DNA from: Lama guanicoe
Lineage: Eukaryota
NCBI GenBank assembly: GCA_013239625.1
Contig: MU053493.1
Span: 2,427,793-2,491,792, forward strand
DNA length: 64,000 nucleotides
Direction of reading: 5' to 3'
In this document: piece after piece, positions 25,214-38,545 of the stretch
How positions within the stretch are numbered: the first letter of the stretch is position 1
Layout of the letters: every line of letters starts with the position of its first letter
Notes under the pieces: model-generated
Database searches by the model: none
What the model was told of the DNA's origin: nothing
Seen by the model: only the letters and a program-made list of their open reading frames with translations
Translations under genes and position numbers: made by a program

Positions 25214-26047
25214 CACGTACGTACATGTTTTAAAGCACAAGAATCTTACAAACAAATGACCGTATTTTATACTATTTTGAATTAACAAACTATTATGCAG
25301 TAAATGTTGCAAAAAGCCTCTTCGGACTGTGGTTTGGAATGAACATAATTGAACAGGTTTAACAACACAAAAAATGGTATTTGGAATAAAACAAATTAAA
25401 ACTTTAAAAAAGATGGTATGTGGGAAGGATGGACTTTAAAAACTAAAAACAAAACAAACAAATAAAAAATAGTGGCAGCTTCATTATTTGTGAAACTCCA
25501 CTTAAAGTGGGCAAATGAAAACCTGAGGCTGAGCTGGTTTGGTGCAGCAGAAACTAAGAGCACCAGAACCAACCCCCAACTCCTTGGGGGAGCACTTTTG
25601 ATCCCCTGCTCCCTGCCTTTCCTTTTTGAAAGGGCAACACAAAGAGCTAGGAAAGGTCATTAGACCCATTATCATTCCATTTAATACTAAAACAAATGTT
25701 CTCTTTGGCTAACAAAGTGTGGATACATATGGTGAAAGCATCAGAAAGAATGAGGTGGAAAAAATCTGGGAAAGGTCTTCTGAGACTAAAGTTTACCTCA
25801 TTTGCACAATGGGGCATGGGGAGGGGTGACATAGAGGGATTGGGCTGAGGGTGAGGGTGGGTTGGATTAATTCTAAGACCCTTCCAGCCACCACTTTCAG
25901 TGATCTGAATAGTCAAAAGCTGAAGATCTTTTTCATCCCTGACGCTATGAGACCAGGGTGGGGTGTGGTTACTTGTAGGTCTTGCAAAGTTTTGGAAAGA
26001 TACACATTATAACACCATATACTTTGTTTCTATGAAAAGCTAACTTC

Positions 26048-26360
26048 TTTTTTAACACCTTTATTGTGGTATGATTCCTATACATTAAACTACACGTATT
26101 TCAGATGTACAAATTGATGAATTTTGATAGATGTTTACACCCATGAAACCGCCACGATAATCAAGATACCTAACATTTCTATCACTCCTCAAGAGGTGCA
26201 AGTTTTGAACTCTCAGTTTATCCGTTCCCAGCCCCTTTTCCCGCTGGTAACCATAACTTCGTTCTCTGTGAATCTGTTTCTGCTTTGTAGATAAGTTCAT
26301 TTGTGTCCTTTTTTCTTTAGATTCCACATGTAAGCTATACCATATGGCATTTTTCTTTCT
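26048..26360 (-). mobile_element. L1 3' end with variant tail
   Basis: Same tail and junction as 22620-23073. Flanks gaaaagctaac / gaaaaagctgat. Confidence 0.88.
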
Positions 26361-26659
26361 GAAAAAGCTGATTTTAAATGTGTTGAATTTTATATGTGAT
26401 TAATATTTTCATAAGGAAGTACATATTATACGAAAATGAAAAGTGTTACAAAAACTGGGCAAATGTAAAAACACATAAAAATCCAGCAAGGCTTAAACCT
26501 GTGTATGAGAGGGCGTTATGTTTTGAAAGGGTGTGGTTTCCTGAGTGGATTGTTTGGAAACATTCTGACAAAGCCAAAATCACTTCTCTGATATCCTGAA
26601 GGCTGCAAGGAACTAGTGTGTAAAACAGCACCATATTCCTAGACACAGAAGCAGTCTAA

Positions 26660-26803
26660 GGGGGGAGGGTATAGCTCAGTGGTAGAGCATGTGCTTAGCA
26701 TGCATGAGGTCATGGGTTCAATCCCCAGTACCTCCAGTAAATAAATATATAAATAAATACACAAATAAACCTAATTACCTCCCCCAACCACCCCCAAACA
26801 AAA
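26660..26803 (+). mobile_element. tRNA-Ala-derived SINE (Vic-1-like)
   Basis: gggtatagctcagtggtagagcatgtgcttagcatgcatgaggtcatgggttcaatccccagtacctcca followed by the aaacctaattacctcccc tail. Confidence 0.92.
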
Positions 26804-27058
26804 CTCCATGAGTCAGCAGTATGGAGAGGCAGATAAACACAGGAGGAGTTTGGTCCCCACCCCACCTCAAGAGAAACACAGTTCCAGCTGGACTCACTTC
26901 TGCTTCCTCTACTATGGTTAAGAGAAGTTACTCTTGGGACGATCTACTTTTAGAGGGTCAACCCAGGACGCAGCAGTAACAGATGAAAAGACGCAAGAAT
27001 ATATACTATAACAAGTAATTATACACGTTATTGCTTTAACAGAAACAAATGGGTGTGA

Positions 27059-27206
27059 GGGGGAGGGGATAGCTCAAGTGGTAGAGCACATGCTTAGCAT
27101 ATATGAGGTTCTGGGTTCAATGCCCAGTACACCCTCTAAAAATAAATAAACCTAATTACCTCCCCCCCCAAATAAAATAATTAATAAATAAAATATATAT
27201 TAAAAA
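27059..27206 (+). mobile_element. tRNA-Ala-derived SINE (Vic-1-like)
   Basis: TSD agaaacaaatgggtg / agaaacaaataggtg. Confidence 0.92.
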
Positions 27207-28020
27207 AGAAACAAATAGGTGCATATGGAAATTATATTAGGCTGCATTATTTCCCTTTCTGTTACGTAAATGTTATTATTTAAACAAAAGAACAATAGAG
27301 CTAGTTATTAGTGGCAATCAGTAGTAATTAGTAGTAGGACTAAATAAATACATGAAAAAAATACAACAATATTTTTTAACGTTTCCATCCTCTGATAGGG
27401 CAATTTAACTTTTAAAGTTATTTCTAAGAGATTTAAATTTTGTAGGCTTTAAGGTGTGTACGTTTCAGATATATAAATGTAAGCGCTCTTAAAAGGAAAA
27501 CATAAGGACAACAGGGCTAAACAGATATCACCTATATTTAACCACCACCACAGACGCAAAACAATATCCTGTTCCTTTCTACTCCATGAAACAGTAGGAT
27601 ATTTTTACTCTTTCTGTTTCCTTTTCCAACAATGCTTCTCTGAACTGCCTGCAGCCGGTGAGACATCCCTCTTTCCTTTATGTGGTGGCAAACTGAGATG
27701 TAAAATTCTCTCGGTCTTGCAGCTCTGCCTTTGTTAAGCCCACATGACCACAAACCCTGGTGTCAGTCCAATGTGATGACCTGAAGCTAAATACCCTCTC
27801 AGCCTTTGCAGGTGGAATACTCATCATTTTATTTACTAGCAAGAGCAGAGTTTGACACTTGTGGGAATGCATTTCCACTTTTCCAAAAACGTCCATCCAC
27901 TTTGTATCTACAGACTTATTTGTTAATCAGGTTTTTTGCATCTATAAATTCATCATATAAGCTATGTCTAAAACAGCCATTATTTTATAAAACTTTATAA
28001 AATTTAAAAAATTGTTTATC

Positions 28021-28141
28021 TTTTGGAGGGGGGAGGTAATTAAGTTTATTTATTTACTTACTTACTTATTTTGATGGAGGTACTGGGGATTGAACCCATG
28101 TTAAGCATGCGCTCTAACATGGAGCTCTACCCTCCCCTCCC
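28021..28141 (-). mobile_element. tRNA-Ala-derived SINE (Vic-1-like)
   Basis: ggaggtaattaagtttattt...ggaggtactggggattgaaccc...ctctaccctcccc, flanked by tataaaacttt repeats. Confidence 0.88.
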
Positions 28142-29424
28142 TATAAAACTTTTTATTTTGAAATAATCACAGATTTACAAGAAGCTGCAAAGAAATGCAC
28201 AGGGAAGTTCCGTGCTCCCTTGACCCAGTCTCCCCTGATTTAGAAATATTGCCTTATCTCAGCCCAAACGAGTGAGTTCCAGCCTCCACATGAGCTTCCC
28301 AATCGCCTTCTCCAACGCCCTGTTCCCATTTCTATTCTGGGTATTGCGCATTGTGCTCTGTTTTGGTCATTTATCTCCCTAATCCAGTCCTTTACATCCT
28401 TCCATCTGTTGTTAAAATATCAGTCATTTGACTTTCTTTTCCTGTTAGGTCTGGGCCAAGCTGGCACTGCTATTATCATCGCTTTTGCTTTAATTACCTG
28501 AATTCTTAGAAAACATGATCAGGATGTTCACAAAGTTAACATTTTAACTAGCACTATCTTGATACAACGCGCAACAATGAAACAATAGGCCAAGTCAAAG
28601 CCGTTTCTTAATGTTCCCAGTTACAATGTTCTTAATTACACACCTCAATCTCCCTGCTCAAGGCCAGGTGACAATGGATGATATATCACCGGGAACTGCA
28701 CATCCAGGATGCCCTCAGAGGTTGAGGCAGAAAGAGCAAGGACTACAGAAGGTAAATAATCCATGCAGTATACATCTCTTAAATGGCATTGCTTCCAGCC
28801 CTAATTTGGGGGGCCACCCCTGATGGGATTTGTACTTTTCCCCCAACCTTCAGTACCCATCACCAGAAGCCGGGGATTTCTGTGTCCCAGGGACCAGTTT
28901 CTCAGGATGTAGGATCTTTACTGCTAGCATCAGGACACTGCGCACAAAAGCGATCAGTCAAGTCACCCTAGTGATACCTGTAACCCTTTCAGAGAGCCCG
29001 TGGACTAGGGTGGCCCCCTCACTGGCTCAGGAGTGGGACCTTTCCCTGACTGTGGTCACTGCAGAGGACCAGGGAGGAAATTTCAGAGGACAGATAAATG
29101 GGCACATCTCCTTCTCTCCCTCCTCCTCTGCCTCATCACCATTTCACTCTTAATCCAGAAAGTAAAACTGTACACAGTTTCCTTGCTTTCCCCTTGTCCC
29201 AGAAAGGAAGAGGTAGAGATCAGAGAGGAAGACTCTAGACTAGGAAGGTTGCAGCGTGCAAAGTCCTCCAGATATTTATACAGTGCACCAAGGAGAGATG
29301 CACACAGCAGCACCCCCGCTGAGAACACAAGGCACTCTTCTCCATCAGTCACTGATGTTCCCTCATTAGACGCCATTCACTACACTACATGTTGGGGATA
29401 CAAGAAAGCATAAAAAGAAGGTCT

Positions 29425-29701
29425 GTAGAAAACAAAGTTATGGTTAACCAGGGGGAGAAGGGGTGGGAAGGGATAAATTGGGAGTTTGGGATTAGCAGAT
29501 ACTACTATATGTAAAATAGATAAATAAGAAGTTTCTTCTGTACAGCACAGGGAACTTTATTCAATATCTTGTAGTAACTTATAATGAAAAAATATGAAAA
29601 GGAATATATGTATGTACATATATGAGTGAAACATGATGCTGTACATCAGAGGTTGACTCAACATTGTAAACTGACTATGTACTTCAATTAAAAAAAAAAA
29701 A
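29425..29701 (+). mobile_element. Young L1 3' fragment
   Basis: tagaaaacaaagttatggtt...gggataaattgggagtttgggattagcagatac...cttcaatt and poly-A. Confidence 0.88.
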
Positions 29702-30924
29702 GACTCTATACTTAAAGAATCTACAGTCTAGCGACAGAGACAACATAAAAGACGGCATGGCGGGAGGGTCAATATCTGAAATAGACAACAATGGACCTGA
29801 GAATAACTGTTTCTGTTTGTCAAAGTCCTTGAAGTAAATTTCAAAGGGCACCACCCATTGGAGGGCTGCTCTTCCAAAAACAGGACACTGGCATTTCCCA
29901 TGATGAGCAAGAAGAACCCACAAATGGTGGATGTGACTGTGCAAGGTTGATGAGAAGGAGGAAGCAAGCCAGACACTGTCCCCACCAGCCTAGAAGGCTG
30001 GGCTTTAAACGTGATTGTCGGGGTGCTGAGACCCACGTTTCTCCATAGCCTGGGCCAGGCTGAGGTCGAGTCTGGCTAGTCCGTGACAAAAAGCTTACCA
30101 AGCAGAAGGGCAGGGGAAAGCATTTCAGCTAAAATATTTAACTCACTGAAAATAATTTGTATTTGTGTACAAACAACCTGCTGGTTCAAACTGATTCTTA
30201 ACTACTCATTAAAAAGAGGTCCACCCTCCATGACCTATACTTTGCAATGCTCACTTACCATTTAATTGGAGTTACAATATCAGCAAAATACAAAAAGCCT
30301 ACGTTTCTTCATATGCTATAATTTTACTTTTTTGACTAATTCAAACTTTCTCTGAGCTCAATTAGTCTGACTTAGTGATGTTTTGTCATGTATAAGCTGT
30401 AAAGTCCTGAATTGTCTTTCAATTTTCCAGCCAGAAGTAGCAGGATTAGTAAATTCTCAAGATTTCTTGAAAAGGTCAAATTTTCCTTACAAATTTTAAA
30501 TGACTGTAAGCTGTCGGGAAAGTAATATTTATCATCAAAAATACAATCTATACCCTTCTTGACCATAACTTAGCTTTGACTGAGAATCACATTTAAGCTG
30601 GTGCTGTCTTATGATGTCAAAAATGCACTTTACGTAATAACGCTGGATTCATATACAGCTTTGAAAGCCCAGAGACCCACTGAAAGTTCCCATAACCAGG
30701 GACATTTGTAGAGGTGGAGGGGAATGGAGCAAAGCTTTATGCTCTTCTGGTAAACTTTTAATTGGGAAGCCCAAGTTAAGTTATTTTATTCTGAGAGAAG
30801 GAAGAAAATTTGAGCCAGTGATAGCGTCCTAATGTAAGAGGGAGACTGAAAGCGTGAACAGAAGTGCAAATCTGACAAAGCAATGAGGGAGAGCCATTCT
30901 GCTGTTCCCTTAACACCTGACATT

Positions 30925-31354
30925 TGGACCTAGAGATCGTCATACTAAGTGAAGTAAGTCAGACAGAGAAAGAAAAAATACCATATGACATCACTTATAT
31001 TTGGAATATACAAAAAGATACAAAATGAACTTACTTACAAAACAGAAAGAGACTCACAGACATAGAAAACAAACTTGTGCTTACCAAAGGGGAAGGGGAG
31101 GAGGAATAAATCAGGAGTCTGGGATTAGAAGACACCAACTACTCTATATAAAATAGATAAACAACAAGATCCTACTATATAGCACAGGGAACTATATTCA
31201 ATAGTTTGTAATAACTTATAATGAAAAAAATTGAAAAAGAACATATACATATATGTATATATGTATACACATGTATGTATAACTGAATCACTCTGCTGTA
31301 CATCTGAAACTAACACAACATTGTAAATCAAATATACTTCAATTTTTTTTTAAA
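30925..31354 (+). mobile_element. L1 3' UTR fragment
   Basis: tggacctagagatcgtcatactaagtgaagtaagtcagacagagaaag...acaacattgtaaatcaaatatacttcaat. Confidence 0.88.
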
Positions 31355-32221
31355 GTAAGGCAAAAATAAAGACAAAGTAATACATTTAAATGGTAAAACT
31401 CAAGATAAAAAGTACTAGCAATGTAAGTTTTTTCACCATGACAAGGCAGTAGGGAATGCCAGCTCACAGTCCTTGTCTTCTGCCCGGTGCCCACTGTGGC
31501 TGGGGCACAACAACACTCACCATCAGCTTCTTGCGTCCTGGACCTTCCTTATCTCCACTCCTGCCTGGCCACATGCACCCAGTTTCCACATTGTCTGTAC
31601 TATAAAACTCTATTTTTAAATTAGTCTACTTCCTGTGTGACAACTATGACAGTAGTCTAAACAGATAATAGCTAGACCTTCAGTTCTCAGCATCCTCAGA
31701 TATGCTTCATACAATGTAAACTTAAGTACAAATGTTGCTATGCACCAAACAACAGAGCCTCAAAATTCTTGCAGTGAAAAACTGATAAAGCTGAAAAGAG
31801 ATATAGATACATCCACATTTATGCTTAGGAACTTCAGGCTCCTCTCAGCAACTGAGAACTACAGATAGGAAACCGCCAAGAACAGAGAAGACCTGAACAC
31901 AACCCAATGTGATCTTGCTGACATACACAGGCCACTAACCCAACCTCAGCAGAACACAAATTATTTTCAAGCACTCTAGGAACATTCACTGAGAGTCCAT
32001 ATGTTGGGACATAAACCATGCCTCAAAACGTTTAAAATAACTGCAGTCATGCAAGTGTGCTCTCGCCATAATAAATTCAAATCAGAAAATGGCAACAGAA
32101 AGACAAGAAGACAACCTTTAACCATATGGAAATAAAACAAAATTTCTAAAGAATGTGGCAATGAGGAAGTCTCAAAGAAATTTTAAAAATACTTACAACT
32201 AAATGAAAATAAGAATGCAAT

Positions 32222-32545
32222 GGAGGACACTAATGAACTCATCTACAAATCATACTATGTTGCAGACATAGTAAACAATCTTATGGTTACCAGGGGAGAG
32301 AGGATGGGAAGGGATAAATTGGGAGTTTGAGATCTACAAATGTTAACCACTACATAAAAAAATATAAAAAAAAAACCCCAAATTTTTTCTGTATAGCACA
32401 GGGAACTATATTCAATATCTTGTAGCAACCTATAATGAAAAAGAATATGAAAAAGAATGTATGTACGTATATGCATGACTGGGACATTATGCTGTACACC
32501 AGAAATCGACACATTATAACTGACTATACTTCAATTTAAAAAAAA
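32222..32545 (+). mobile_element. Young L1 3' fragment nested in old L1
   Basis: ggacactaatgaactcatctacaaa...ctgactatacttcaatt and poly-A. Confidence 0.88.
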
Positions 32546-33366
32546 GCACAACATATCAAAATATGTGGGGTGCAGCAATATCAACAGCCAGGAGGAAAAT
32601 GTATGGCATTAAAATGCTTATATGAAAAATGCAGGAAAGTCTCAAATTCATAACCTAACCTCCCACCTCAAGAAACCAGGGGTGGGATGGGAGGAGGAGA
32701 GCAAAAATCAGCCCAAAGTGAACAAAAGTAAGTAGTAAAGATAAGAGCAGAAATTAATAAAATTAAAAAGAGAAAAACCAAAGAGAAAAGCAAAAAACAA
32801 AAGGCTGGTTTGGGGTTGGGGGCGGAAATCAATAAAACTGACAAACCTCTAACGAGACTGACAAAAATAAAAAGAGAGAAAGCACGAGAAACCATTATCA
32901 GAAATGAAATAAGGGATGTCACTGCAGATCCCACAGTCATTAATAAGATAATAAGGAAATACTATAAACAACTTTATACTCAGAAACTTGAAAACTCAGA
33001 AGAAATGGACCAATGCCTCAAAGACCACAAACTACCAAAACTCAACCAAGATGAAAGTCAATCTGAACAGCCTTATTACCTTTTAAAGATATTGACTATC
33101 TAATTTAAAGGCTTCCAAAAGATAAACTTCCAAAGCCAGAAGGATTCACTGAGGAATGCTACCAAATATTTAAAAAAGAATTAACACCAATCAAAATCCC
33201 TGCAAGATATTTATAGATATAGACAAGATTATACCAGAGTATATATAGAAAGGCAAAAGAATTAGCGTAGCTAAATCAATTTTGAAAAAATAAATAAAAT
33301 GGGAGGAATCAAGTCTATGAGATTTCAAGACCGATCATATAGCTACATTAATCAAGACTGTTTGTC

Positions 33367-33482
33367 GGGGGCAAGGGTATAGCTCAGTCCTGGGTGCAAT
33401 CCCCAGTACCTCCAGTAAACAAACAAACAAACAAACAAACAAACAAACAAACCTAATTATCTCCCCCGCAGAAAAAAAAAAA
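33367..33482 (+). mobile_element. Internally deleted tRNA-Ala-derived SINE with (AAAC)n tail
   Basis: agggtatagctcagt|cctgggtgcaatccccagtacctcca; the anticodon arm is missing. Confidence 0.82.
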
Positions 33483-35239
33483 GAAATCAAATACTGTGTG
33501 GTAAGACAAAGCTTGGTGGAATCCAGAAACAGACCCACACAGCTATGCCATTTTTAACAAAGATGCAAAAGGCCATTCAATGGAAGGATAGCCTTTCAAA
33601 CAGACAGTGTTGGAGCCATCAGACATTCATCAGCAAAAAATGAACCTGGACCTAAATCTCACATCTTACACAAAAACTAGTTCAAAACTGATCAAACACT
33701 TAAATGTAAAAGTATCAAAACTTTAAAGGGGGAAAAAAAAGAAAATCTCCAGGATCCAGGGGTAGGGAAACATTTTTCAGACTCAACACCAAAAGGAAAT
33801 AGTGAAGAATTGGACATTATTAACATTAAAAACTTTTGCTCTGCAAAGAATCTGTTCAGGGGATGAAAAGACAAGCCACAGACTGGAAGAAAATATTTGT
33901 GAACCATGTATCTGATAAAAAGACTAAAAAAATAAGGAACAGACATTTCATGGACGGGGATATTCAGATGGCTATTACAACATGAAAAGATGTTCAACGT
34001 CATTATCCCTCAGGGAATTGCAAATGCAATGAGGTACCAGCTCATGTCCCTCAGTTACACACCTATTTGGTGACAAAATCGAAAGCCAGAGAGGACCTAG
34101 GAGAATGGGATATGGTAAAGCCGCTCTGAAAAAGTAAGTAAACATGCAATTAGTATAACCAGAAATTGTACTCTTGGGCATTTATCTCAGCAAAAGTTTA
34201 TGTGAAAGTTTATAGGCACACAAAAAATTACACATGAATGTTCATAGCAGCTCTCTTTACACTAGCCCCAAACTTGAATCAGCCCAGCTGTTCCCTAGCA
34301 GGTGAGCTAAACCAACTGTGGTCTGTCTATGCCAGGGAATATTACTTGGCGATAAAAAAGAAAGAAACAACTTATATATGCAACAACTTGGCTGAATCTC
34401 CAGAAAATTATGTTGAGTGAAATAAGCCAATCCCTAAAGGTTCCTTCTGCCCTAGCTTGATTCCATTTATATAACATTTGAAATGATAACATTTTAGAAA
34501 CAATAATTAGTTGTTGTCAGGGGTTTAGGAGGTGCTGGGGAAAGAGAAAAAGTTGCAGGTGGTTATACAAAGGTAACAGGAGAGATTCTTGCGGTGTTGG
34601 ATATATTTGGGATCTTGATTGTAGTGGTAGATATGTGAACCTACACAGGTGATAAAATTGTATAGAACTTTATACACACACACACACAGATAAAGCTGAG
34701 GGAATCTGAGTAAGCTCAGCGGATGGCATCAGTGTCAGGATCCTGGTTGTGATACCACACTGTGCTTCTACACAATGTTATCTAACGGGGGAAACTGGAC
34801 CAAGTATACAAGGGATTTCTCTGTATTGATTCTTATAACTGCAAGTGAAATGACAATTCTCTCAGCAAAAATTGTAATTAAAAATATATATAAAGGTTAG
34901 ATAAGCAGAAACATACACATTAAAGTGGCCCTATTTTTTTCCCCCTACAAGCTTCACATTTCACACAATGGCCATGCTATGAAAACTGAAATGAGAGGAA
35001 GGGATGCCCTGTGGTTACTTGTCAACACATCCAAACCTAAATAAACACCAGTACATTCTAAGAATAAATTCAAAGCTCTGTGAAACACAATCTGAGAAGG
35101 TTACCAAATGTTCTCGGTTTTAAGATAATGAAAGTGACTTCCTTATATCAAAAGCCAAACCTTCTGAAATGAATATCCTTTGTTGGGAATAACTTCCACT
35201 GTGTTAACATGACAATGAAGTGATCAAACCTGTCAGTTC

Positions 35240-35405
35240 TTTTTTTTCAATTCGTTTTATTATTTTTTGATTGATTTTTGTGTGTGTGTGATGGGAAGGT
35301 AATTAGGTTTACATATGTATTTTTTTAAGTGGAAGTACTGGGGATAGAACCCAGGACCTCCTGCATGCTAAACATATGCTCTACCACTGAGCTATACCCT
35401 CCCCC
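35240..35405 (-). mobile_element. tRNA-Ala-derived SINE (Vic-1-like)
   Basis: Reverse head ...ctctaccactgagctataccctcccc, flanked by the direct repeat tgacaatgaagtgat (35210-35224 / 35411-35425). Confidence 0.88.
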
Positions 35406-35786
35406 TGCCCTGACAATGAAGTGATGGGGTGTCTTTTCACAATAGGCACAACACGTCAAGGGATTGGCAAGGTATCAGCATTTCCAGCAGGTGGTCACTG
35501 TACCTTCACCTAATCGTGGATAAGAAAAGCACTATGTCACCGAGCTTTCACTCAGTTTATAATACACAGAAGAACAACCAGTCCATTCTCTTGCTGTGAT
35601 ATTTTCAAAGAAAATCACATAATTACTTGGAAAGGATATATTTTATCAAACTCTAAATCCATGTGCAAAATGTCGTATTTTATATACCACCTAGAAAATA
35701 CAGAAACAAACAAACAAAAAAGGGTAAGTAACAAAAAACTATAAACTAGAGAGAGAGTCTATGTACTGCAACTGCAGGATGGCTTC

Positions 35787-36110
35787 TGGAGTCGGGTGAA
35801 CGGTGGCCCCAACAAGACAGGTCCCCATCCTAATCCCCAGAACCTTAAAATGTGGCCTTATTTCAAAAAAGGATCTTTATAGATGTAAATTCAGGATTCT
35901 GAGACAGGATACCATCCTAGGTTTTCATTGGGCCGTAAATCCAATGATAAGCGTCCTTAGGAGAATGAGGCAGCGGGAGACTCGACAGGAACAGAGGAGG
36001 GATGTGAGGACCAGGCAGAGATGGGGAGAAGAGGCCACCAGCCCAGGGATGCTCAGGGATGCTGGGGCAGCCACCAGAACCTGGGAGAGACAGGATCAGA
36101 TTCTCTCCTA
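35787..36110 (+). mobile_element. MaLR (MLT1-like) LTR fragment
   Basis: gtggccccaacaagacaggtccccatcctaatccccagaacc...taaatccaatgataagcgtcctta...ggcagccaccagaacctgggagaga. Confidence 0.8.
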
Positions 36111-36333
36111 CTCTCCCAAACTCTCAGGAAACTAACCCACTCCCTTCACTGGGGAACACAACCCACACACCTGCCGATCAAAGTAGAAACATGACAATCA
36201 CTATCTGTCAAATTCAGGATAAAACCAGTTTCAATAAGACTTTGGGACTCTAGCCATCCAGAATCTAGCTTACATAACCATGAGACCTGCAAACTATTTT
36301 TGAATTCAGAACAAGAAACAACCACATGGGGGT

Positions 36334-36478
36334 GGGGGGAGGGTGTAGCTCAGTGGTAGAGAACATGCTTAGCATCATGCACAAGGTCATGGGTTCGATC
36401 CCCAGTACCTCTGTTAAGTAAAAAAATAATAAATAAATAAATAAACCTAATTATCTCTCTCCACCCCCCCCAAAAAAA
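36334..36478 (+). mobile_element. tRNA-Ala-derived SINE (Vic-1-like)
   Basis: gggtgtagctcagtggtagag...gggttcgatccccagtacctc...aataaacctaattatctc. Confidence 0.9.
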
Positions 36479-37674
36479 GGAAGAAGAAATAAAACAGAAA
36501 GTAAAATATTTATAAACAGTTAATTTTTAATTCTGTTCAAAGGGAAGCAATAACCATCAAAAAATTAAATAAATAATTCCTTTAGTAAGCATTCTGCAAA
36601 GAATGGGCATAAAAATGAACAAGAGTTGAATTTACATCTTCATTAATATATCATATAAATCCTATAATAACATATAAACACCAGAAACACTAGTTTAAGA
36701 TATAATGCATAAACACTACATTACATTTCAACATATAGAAGTATGAAAACCTGAAACATAGGATCAAGGAATAACTTTAACCAACTATGCATGGACCTAT
36801 ATGAAAACAAAGAAACAAATATGTTAACTATTATTTTATTAACTACTATTTATATTTTTTTATTTGTTCAAGTCAAGAAGACTTGAATAAATGGGACAAA
36901 GTCAGGTGTTGAGTAGAAGATGGAACACTATGAGTTTGCTTGACACAATGGAAGAAAATCCCAAATAAATTTTTCAAAGGAACTTAAATCATTCCAAAAT
37001 ACAAATGGTACAAAAATCTAGTGATAAAGAAAAGATTTATAAAGTAAACTAACGGATATGATAAAGACAAGCTAAAGGTATAATTATTCAAACATAAGAA
37101 GCTAAATGAAGCAGAACAGGTAACAGAAAAATAAATCTTATTATATAAGAGAATTAATACACAGTAAAGCCAACAACAGGAAAGGGAATGTCAAATCACT
37201 AAGCTTTACAAGGACAATGGAGTAGCAGTTGGGTGGAGTGGGGGGGGAGGGAAAAATTCATATCTTTGTATCATACCGTATATGACAATAAATACAAAAA
37301 ACTAGACTTAAATGTTAAAAAATTAAGCAAGAAATAAGCCAGAAGGAAGAGAAAATTGACCAGATTGGAAGACAGTAGGGTAGAGGGAGCATCAGGGAAT
37401 AAAAATAATTTTTAAATGCAATGGAATAAGCCAAAAAAGAAAAGTATCGATAAATCTCACTATGACAAATTTTTTACAATGAAAAAAAAGAAAAAAGACA
37501 AATGAGCTGGAGAAAGCATTTGCAATAGATGAGTCAGAAAAAAGGATTAATATCCTCAATATCTAATACGTTTGCTCAGTTAAAAAGTACACAAGAAAAA
37601 AGAGAAAATGGAAAAAAGATACTAACAGACTTATGAAAAAGAGCCAATAAAGAAATCCTAAAAGTCAAGTCAGA

Positions 37675-38545
37675 AGAATTCAATTTTTAAATGGACAAAG
37701 GATGTGAAAAGATATTTCTCCCAAGAAGACACACAAATGGCCAATAAGCCCATGAAAACATGCTCAATGTTATTAGTCACTAGGGCCATGCAAATCAAAA
37801 TCACGATGAGACACCCCTTCACAACCACTAGGAAGGTTATAATCAAAAAGAACAACAAAGTAGTGGGGGAGGGTATAGCTCAGGGGTAGAGTGAGTGTTT
37901 AGCATGCATGAGGTCCTGGGTTCAACCCCCAGCACCTCCATTAAAATAAATAAATAAATATATGTAATTACCACCCCCCAAAAAAGACCAACAAAAACAA
38001 TGGTGGAAAGAGGCAGAGAGATTGGATTCTCATCTATTGCAAGTGGAATGTGGGATATAAAATGGCTCAGCTGCTTTGGAGAACAGTCTGGCCATTCCTC
38101 AAAATGTTAAATACAGGGTTACCAGCAATTCCACACCTAAAAGAACTGAAAACACATATTCCTATAAAACCTTGTAAACAAACATTCCTAGCAGCATTAC
38201 ATCATAGCAGAATTACGTCGTACGAGCATTATGTCATACAGAAGGGTAGGCACAACCCAAATGTCCATCAGCTGACAAATGAGCAGAACGCGCCATATTC
38301 ATGCAACAGCACATTTTTCAGTTATAAATGGGAATGTAGTATTGACACAGGCTACAACAGGCATAAGCCTTGAAAACATGTTAAGTGAAATAAGCCAGAC
38401 ACAAAAAGCCATATGTTGCAAATCCACAGAGACAGAAAGCACATTGGTGGCTTCCAGAGACTTGAGGGAGGGGAATTGGGGTGTAACTGCTAATTAGCAT
38501 GAGGTTCTTTTGGGAGGTGATGGAAATGTTCTGGCATTATAAAGT
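37675..38545 (+). mobile_element. Old L1 (L1MB/ME-like) ORF2 end and 3'UTR, with nested SINE
   Basis: aaatggacaaaggatgtgaaaagatatttctcc...atgcaaatcaaaatcacgatgagacacc...ttgaaaacatgttaagtgaaataagccagacacaaaa. Confidence 0.82.
37865..37985 (+). mobile_element. tRNA-Ala-derived SINE (Vic-1-like)
   Basis: ggggagggtatagctcaggggtagag...gaggtcctgggttcaacccccagcacctcca. Confidence 0.9.

Larger units (their letters stand above)
31710..34885 (+). mobile_element. Old L1 with decayed ORF2 (endonuclease and later segments) and 3'UTR; hosts nested insertions
   Basis: ORF remnant INKTDKPLTRLTKIKREKA...IRNEIRDVTADPTVINKIIRKYYKQLYTQKLENSEEMDQCL is typical L1 ORF2. Many stop codons. Confidence 0.85.

Noticed and set aside
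35484..35500. CTCF-like motif ccagcaggtggtcactg
   Set aside because: Mismatches in the 3' core, and single motif hits are expected by chance in 64 kb.
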